Of a stretch of DNA of 64,000 bases, positions 58,447 to 64,000 are shown piece by piece; the stretch's first letter is position 1, and each line of letters opens with the position of its first letter. Source of the DNA: a virus; the IMG/VR virus record IMGVR_UViG_3300031722_000011, positions 39,444 through 103,443 of that record; one strand, 5' to 3'. Both the position numbers and the translations under genes were made by a program. A model generated the notes under the pieces. It worked only from the letters and a program-made list of their open reading frames with translations, made no database searches and was not told where the DNA came from.

Positions 58447-60534
58447 TTAATTACCTTTAATAATTTGTAGGAATTCATCTTCAGTTAATAAAGTAATATT
58501 ACTCTTACCACTTACATTATCATCCATAGCTTTCTTATCTTTACCACTCTTAGACATATCATGTCCACAAATAAGATAATCAAGTTTAGTCTTGTAGCCT
58601 ATTTCTACTATAGCACCTAGACTTTCAAGTAATTCTTTTAATTCTTGTTTTTTCATATTAAAGCCACCAGTAGGGTATACTTTTTTGCCTTGGAATGGTG
58701 TTTGTTGAGTTACTATTACTTCTTTTGGTTTATCTTCAATAAAAGTTAATTCCATTTGGGTTAGATAACCTAATACTTCTATATTACTTGAATCATGAAA
58801 CCAATTATAAATACTATTTGCTACAACCTCACCACAATCTTCCATCTTTAATAAATCCTTAACTTTTAATTGTAATATATTATTTATTGTATCTAATGGA
58901 ATTTCACCTTTCGCAAATTCAACTAAGGTTTGTGAAGTTTTAATTCCCACATTTGCTATACCTAATGCAAATATAAAACTAGGTAATTTACATTTCTTAG
59001 ATTCTTCTATAGCTTTAATCAATTTATTATATGAAGGTAATTGGAAACCTTCTTGTTTTAGTATCAATTCTTTATTACTCTCTTTCTTTAGAATATAAAT
59101 ATCTGCTATTGATTTTAATATTCCCAATTCAATAAACTTTTCAATCGTTTTTTCTGATAAACCTACAATATTCATAGCACTTCTTGAACAATAGTGGTCA
59201 ATAGATTTTGATAATTGTGCTTTACAACTCATAGTATTTGTACAATATACATATCTAGTTTTATTATCTTGTCTTATTTCTGTATCAGCACCACACGATG
59301 GACATTTACTAGGTGGTATAATATCTTGAACATCTGCATTTTTTAAGCTGTCTTCAACTACTCCCATGACCTCTGGTATTACGTCATTACTTCTTCTTAC
59401 AAAAGCCTCAGCATTTATTTTTATACCTTTTCTTTCAATATCATCTATATTATTCAATGTAGCACGACTTACGGTTGTTCCTCCTAATTCTACAGGTTCT
59501 AATATTCCAGTTGGTACAACTTTTCCTTGCCTACTAGTATTCCATTCGATATCTAAAAGTTTTGTAGTTGCTTCCTCAGCCTCATATTTATATGATATTG
59601 ACCATTTAGGGAATTTAATTGTATATCCCATTAATTCTCTAGTTTTTAAATCATTTAATGATACAACTGCCCCATCTATATCGTAAGCATAAGTATTTCT
59701 TCCTTCTTCAATAACATCAATACAACTTATTATTTCCTCATATGTATAACACACCATATATTCTGCTATTGGTAAACCTCTATAACCCATATATTCTAAC
59801 TGTTGTTGATAGGTTTCGTGTTCCATTATATTTGATTCAAAATAATTAATATTATAGAAATATATAATAGGTTTTCTTTTAGCGGTTTCTTTTGGATTTA
59901 AATTTCTTATTGCTCCAGCTACTCCATTTCTACAATTCTTCAATGGCACTATTGCTTTTTTATTATATTCAACCAATGCTTTTCTTGGCATTAAACATTC
60001 ACCATGAAATGAAGCAAAGGTCATAGCTTTATCATTATCTTCTAATTGTAAAGGTAGATTAATAACTGCTTTACATTGTTCTGTAACTAATTCTCCAACA
60101 ACTCCTGTTCCTCTAGTTGAACCTTGTATGAAATCAATACCTTTATAATCACACTTCATTGTTAGTCCATCAAATTTCTTTTCCACTACATATTGTGGAG
60201 TTGGTAATTTATCTGTATGTGTTCTATTATATTCTCTTACAAAAATCTCACATTTTTTCATCCAATCTTTTAATTCATCAAATGATTGTGCTTTATCTAG
60301 TGACCATAGTTTGTTTTTATGTTGTACTTTTTCAAAACCTTCTAAAGTTTGTCCACCTACCTTAACAGTTGGTGAGTTAGGTAATACTATTCCTGTTTCT
60401 TTCTCTAATTGTACTAATTTAGCATATTCTTTATCATAATCTTTATCACTTTTAGAAGGATTATCTAATGTATAATATTCATAATTCCATTTATTTAGCT
60501 TGTCTACTAATTTCTGCATTTCTTCCATTTTCAT
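58447..60534 (-). CDS. ligA: NAD-dependent DNA ligase
   Basis: YY...D.DYD, LWSLDK, KFDG, DGAV, OB fold, Zn finger CPSC, HhH and BRCT domains. Confidence 0.97.
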   Translation of the reverse strand: MKMEEMQKLVDKLNKWNYEYYTLDNPSKSDKDYDKEYAKLVQLEKETGIVLPNSPTVKVGGQTLEGFEKVQHKNKLWSLDKAQSFDELKDWMKKCEIFVREYNRTHTDKLPTPQYVVEKKFDGLTMKCDYKGIDFIQGSTRGTGVVGELVTEQCKAVINLPLQLEDNDKAMTFASFHGECLMPRKALVEYNKKAIVPLKNCRNGVAGAIRNLNPKETAKRKPIIYFYNINYFESNIMEHETYQQQLEYMGYRGLPIAEYMVCYTYEEIISCIDVIEEGRNTYAYDIDGAVVSLNDLKTRELMGYTIKFPKWSISYKYEAEEATTKLLDIEWNTSRQGKVVPTGILEPVELGGTTVSRATLNNIDDIERKGIKINAEAFVRRSNDVIPEVMGVVEDSLKNADVQDIIPPSKCPSCGADTEIRQDNKTRYVYCTNTMSCKAQLSKSIDHYCSRSAMNIVGLSEKTIEKFIELGILKSIADIYILKKESNKELILKQEGFQLPSYNKLIKAIEESKKCKLPSFIFALGIANVGIKTSQTLVEFAKGEIPLDTINNILQLKVKDLLKMEDCGEVVANSIYNWFHDSSNIEVLGYLTQMELTFIEDKPKEVIVTQQTPFQGKKVYPTGGFNMKKQELKELLESLGAIVEIGYKTKLDYLICGHDMSKSGKDKKAMDDNVSGKSNITLLTEDEFLQIIKGN

Positions 60535-60564
60535 ATCTCCTTTATTTATAATTTAATTTATTTT

Positions 60565-60708
60565 TTATATAACTTCTTTTAAATCTTCTTTCTTTAGTTC
60601 TGCGATATAATAAGCAACTGCCATTTTCCCATATTCATCTGAATAACTCCATTCATTATACTTATCTTCTCTTTCACAACCATAATCTTGTACACTTGAT
60701 AACATCAT
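60565..60708 (-). CDS. 47-aa hypothetical protein
   Basis: Hand-translated; RBS GGAGGG; downstream of promoter TTGACA-17-TATTAT (60829-60801). Confidence 0.55.
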   Translation of the reverse strand: MMLSSVQDYGCEREDKYNEWSYSDEYGKMAVAYYIAELKKEDLKEVI

Positions 60709-60860
60709 ATTACTTCCCTCCATTTATTTATATAATTTATTTTCTATGTATTATTTAATAATATTTAGGTTATTTGGAACTATTTAATGTCCATATGTAT
60801 ATAATAATATATTTGGATTCTTTTGTCAATGTATTTATATATTAATTTGTTAAAATATTT

Positions 60861-63800
60861 TTAATTGATTTCTTGGTCTCCCCACGTAATAATTATTGAT
60901 CCATCTTCATTCTTCTCTTTAACCATTAAACTATTTAACATCCATGAATCTATACCAAATTGTTCATATAATTCTTCTTCGTCAATATCTTCATTTTTCA
61001 TAAACATACACAACTTTTCTTTTGCCATATTAAGTTTTAATAAATTCACTTCTATAGATTTTTCATAGAACACATTATAAATATCGGTTATATTATCACT
61101 ATTCATTCTACTAAAACGGGCTTTAAATTGTTGCATAGAACTTTCATTCCATAACATTTCAGTAATTATTACCTTATCAACAAACCCTATATTCATACTG
61201 CAAGATAGACTTTGTTGAGTAGCTATCACTATACAATCACCATTTTCTTTCATTTGATTTACTAAGTCTTTTCTTTGTTTTAGAGTTGTATCTTTACCAG
61301 TTATTCTAAATACCTTTCTATTAGGATATCTTTTTAATAATTCGCTATAATATAAATCTACAGTTTTGACTCTAGTACACCCTATAACTACTCTTTCATT
61401 AAACCCATCTATTAATTCAAATACTTTTAAGAATTTACTACTAATTGTATTCCCATTATATTCTTTGAATGCATGAGGTGTACTACAAGCTTTAAGCAAA
61501 GTATTAAGTTGAGCGAGAATACGAAACATCGAATCTTTCCTACTGTTGCCAGTGTGTATCTGATATTCTGCACTCATAGAATAAAACTCTTCTAATATAG
61601 TCTTATATAAGGAATATTCAGCATCATTAAACTTACAAGTAACTTGATGTGGCTCTGTTAAATCTCTGCCTGTTATATCCTTTAAAGTCCTTGTTATTAT
61701 AGTCTTATCTATGAGTTGTTTTAAATTATCTTTATTCAATATATCTTGATTGAACTTAGCCATTCCAAAAACAGTTATTTTTTTAGGAATAAAACTGTTA
61801 TTAAAATATTCATAGCCTTTTCTGTATGGTGGAAATGGTCGCATATAAATATCATTATTAGTCTTTTTTAATTCCTTAGTATCATCATCTATTTTATATA
61901 TGTATTCATTAGTAGAAATCATATTAATTGAGTTATTGTAAAGCAATTCTAATTGCGTATATATTTCATTAATTGAATTTCTAGTACTTGTACCAGACAT
62001 TAGTAATTTATATGGTAATCTTCTAAAACAGTTTAATGAAGCCTTGCAACGTTTTGACATTGTATTACTTATTCCATCTGCTTCATCAACCATTAAGGCA
62101 AATCTTTTATTATTAATTTTAATAATTTTTTTGACCTGTCTTTGTAGCTTTATAAGCATATTGAATGTAAATAATAAAAATTCACCATCCTGTATATTAT
62201 TAATATCTTCTATAGAGTTAATTATTCTATAATTAACTCTATAAGTTTCTAACATATCTACATATGTATTTTTTATGGCAATTGCAGGAGCAACAACTAT
62301 AATATTTTTAACATGATTAAATTCTAATCTATATAATGCATAAAATAAACTAGATAAACTTTTTCCACTTCCTGTTGACCATTGGTTGTACCCATATTTC
62401 TTTTGTAATATCTTATTGATATCAAATCTTTGTTTATCTGTTAATCTTATTTCTTCCTCCTTTATATAATCATATAAGTATTTTTCTTGTAACCATTTAT
62501 TAATACTTTCATCTAACTTCATATCATCAAACTTAATAGATTGATATTCAAATTCTCTTTTCTTTTTATCTATAATTTTCTTGTATTTATTATCTTCAAA
62601 AGAATATCCGCTCAAAACCAAATCATTAATACCAACTATATTATTTTTCACATTTTGAACATATTTTCTTGTGTTATCTGAATATCCTTTTAATTTAATA
62701 TGATAATTAGTTTTAACTAATTCCACTTTATCTTCGTCTTTAAGATGTTGATTTTTTAGAACTGTTTTTAGCTTCTTAAACACCGTTTCTTTAGTGACCA
62801 TTATCTTCAACCATTCATCCATATTTAAGCTTTCAGGCTTTTTCTGATTATAATATAATTGATAGTAATTATAACATTCAGTATATTTAAGCTGAATACT
62901 TTTAGTTCTTTTAATATCAAATAGCATTTTAGTGACTTTATCATTAAATATTTTATCTTCATCTGTATATTGTCTTAGGTTCTCAAGCTTGATACTAGAC
63001 TTATACTTTCCTTGTAGGTCACGTATAGGCTTAATATAATTATTATATATAAAGTTACTATCACCACTTATAAATTCATTAGAATAAGGATTAGAAGGTA
63101 TGAATTCACTCTTCTTACTAAACAGTATTATCTTTGTTTCAAAGTTATCTATCCCTAAATATTTAAATGCTTTATGATCTAATAATATTTGCCCTATGAA
63201 ATTAAAATTCTTATCCACGTATTCAATATCTGACTTATTTATAAATTCATCATCAAGAAATGATTTAGGGACTATTAAAGCTAATAAACCACCATTTTTA
63301 AGTAATTCACAACTTTTCTGTATATAAATCATTTGTGAATATAATTCTTGATTTCTATATCTTAGTCTTAAATTAAAAGGAGGATTGCCAATAATGGTAT
63401 CAAAAATCATATGTGGATTATATTCTCTCATGTCTCCATGTGTTATATTTGCTAGTGAATATAAATGTTTTGATATCTTGTAAGCTTTTATATCAATTTC
63501 ATTCCCATATATATTATATTCATTAGGTAGAAAGTTGAATAAAGAGCCACTACCACAAGTTAAATCTAATACTGTTTCATATTCCGATATATTTAACATA
63601 TCAACTAAATATTGTGACTCTTGTACTCCTGTAAAGAACTGTCCATTTTCAATCTCCTGTTTAGCTTTTGTATAACTATGAAAAGAATTATAATTATTAA
63701 AATTTAATCCATGTAATCCTCCATCCCCAGTATATGAGTTATAAATAATTTCCTTAGTTAGACCATACTTTTCACACATTTTATTATCTATGCAATATAA

Positions 63801-63866
63801 TATCTTTTCATTGATTTGTTTTCTTTGTTCCTGCGGTATATTCTGATTTAGATTTTTATATTTCAT
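60861..63866 (-). CDS. N6-adenine methyltransferase fused to an SNF2-like helicase
   Basis: GQFFT, LDLTCGSG and NPPF (MTase); STGSGKS, DEAD, SGT and Q..AR..R (helicase). Confidence 0.88.
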   Translation of the reverse strand: MKYKNLNQNIPQEQRKQINEKILYCIDNKMCEKYGLTKEIIYNSYTGDGGLHGLNFNNYNSFHSYTKAKQEIENGQFFTGVQESQYLVDMLNISEYETVLDLTCGSGSLFNFLPNEYNIYGNEIDIKAYKISKHLYSLANITHGDMREYNPHMIFDTIIGNPPFNLRLRYRNQELYSQMIYIQKSCELLKNGGLLALIVPKSFLDDEFINKSDIEYVDKNFNFIGQILLDHKAFKYLGIDNFETKIILFSKKSEFIPSNPYSNEFISGDSNFIYNNYIKPIRDLQGKYKSSIKLENLRQYTDEDKIFNDKVTKMLFDIKRTKSIQLKYTECYNYYQLYYNQKKPESLNMDEWLKIMVTKETVFKKLKTVLKNQHLKDEDKVELVKTNYHIKLKGYSDNTRKYVQNVKNNIVGINDLVLSGYSFEDNKYKKIIDKKKREFEYQSIKFDDMKLDESINKWLQEKYLYDYIKEEEIRLTDKQRFDINKILQKKYGYNQWSTGSGKSLSSLFYALYRLEFNHVKNIIVVAPAIAIKNTYVDMLETYRVNYRIINSIEDINNIQDGEFLLFTFNMLIKLQRQVKKIIKINNKRFALMVDEADGISNTMSKRCKASLNCFRRLPYKLLMSGTSTRNSINEIYTQLELLYNNSINMISTNEYIYKIDDDTKELKKTNNDIYMRPFPPYRKGYEYFNNSFIPKKITVFGMAKFNQDILNKDNLKQLIDKTIITRTLKDITGRDLTEPHQVTCKFNDAEYSLYKTILEEFYSMSAEYQIHTGNSRKDSMFRILAQLNTLLKACSTPHAFKEYNGNTISSKFLKVFELIDGFNERVVIGCTRVKTVDLYYSELLKRYPNRKVFRITGKDTTLKQRKDLVNQMKENGDCIVIATQQSLSCSMNIGFVDKVIITEMLWNESSMQQFKARFSRMNSDNITDIYNVFYEKSIEVNLLKLNMAKEKLCMFMKNEDIDEEELYEQFGIDSWMLNSLMVKEKNEDGSIIITWGDQEIN

Positions 63867-63876
63867 TTAAACCTCC

Positions 63877-63999
63877 TTAATTAATAGCATAGCTTGTATA
63901 TTCATTTGCAAATTCTAATGCTTTAACTCCATTAGTAAATACTAAATCTACTTTTCCATTTTTATAGAATTTAGTTGATGTACAACATGTGAATTCAAG
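63877..63999 (-). CDS. C-terminal fragment of an upstream protein (window edge)
   Basis: Open frame LEFTCCTSTKFYKNGKVDLVFTNGVKALEFANEYTSYAIN-stop. Confidence 0.6.
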   Translation of the reverse strand, partial: LEFTCCTSTKFYKNGKVDLVFTNGVKALEFANEYTSYAIN

Positions 64000-64000
64000 G

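Noticed and set aside
290-62232. Many short opposite-strand ORFs in the track (e.g. 290-649, 17866-18264, 20266-20610, 59366-59686)
   Set aside because: They are shadows of long genes on the other strand, lack an RBS and have the F/L/S-rich composition of antisense frames.

Overview
A 64-kb, very AT-rich segment of a large temperate Clostridium siphophage with an SPbeta/c-st-like gene order. Choline-binding repeats on the endolysin and on a secreted moron suggest a C. beijerinckii-group host (inference). The + strand from 1 to ~54.6 kb carries portal (5'-truncated), protease/scaffold, decoration and major capsid proteins, neck and tail genes, tape measure, baseplate/fibre genes, GH25 endolysin and holin, a possible replicon block, a second fibre module, RusA, a tyrosine recombinase and a BhlA-like holin. 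The - strand from ~54.9 kb to the end carries a ThyX-like protein, an HNH nuclease, NAD-dependent ligase and a methyltransferase-SNF2 helicase fusion. Structure not shown by the ORF track includes: (i) two ~2.06-kb cassettes, each made of an in-frame glycan-active passenger of a virion protein plus a self-promoted surface (de)acetylation gene, bounded by similar ~24-bp sites; (ii) two sequence-unrelated but architecturally identical cloverleaf-like leader RNAs in front of GIY-YIG genes, each with a loop complementary to two downstream repeats that include the RBS; (iii) three probable type I toxin-antitoxin loci inside the tail module, one with pAD1 par/Fst-type architecture; (iv) a CCC-TAA +1 frameshift site in the major tail gene and a nested scaffold start; (v) an 89-bp triplication and a probable 1-nt frameshift. 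No searches or folding programs were run. Family names come from motif recognition and synteny and need HMM confirmation.
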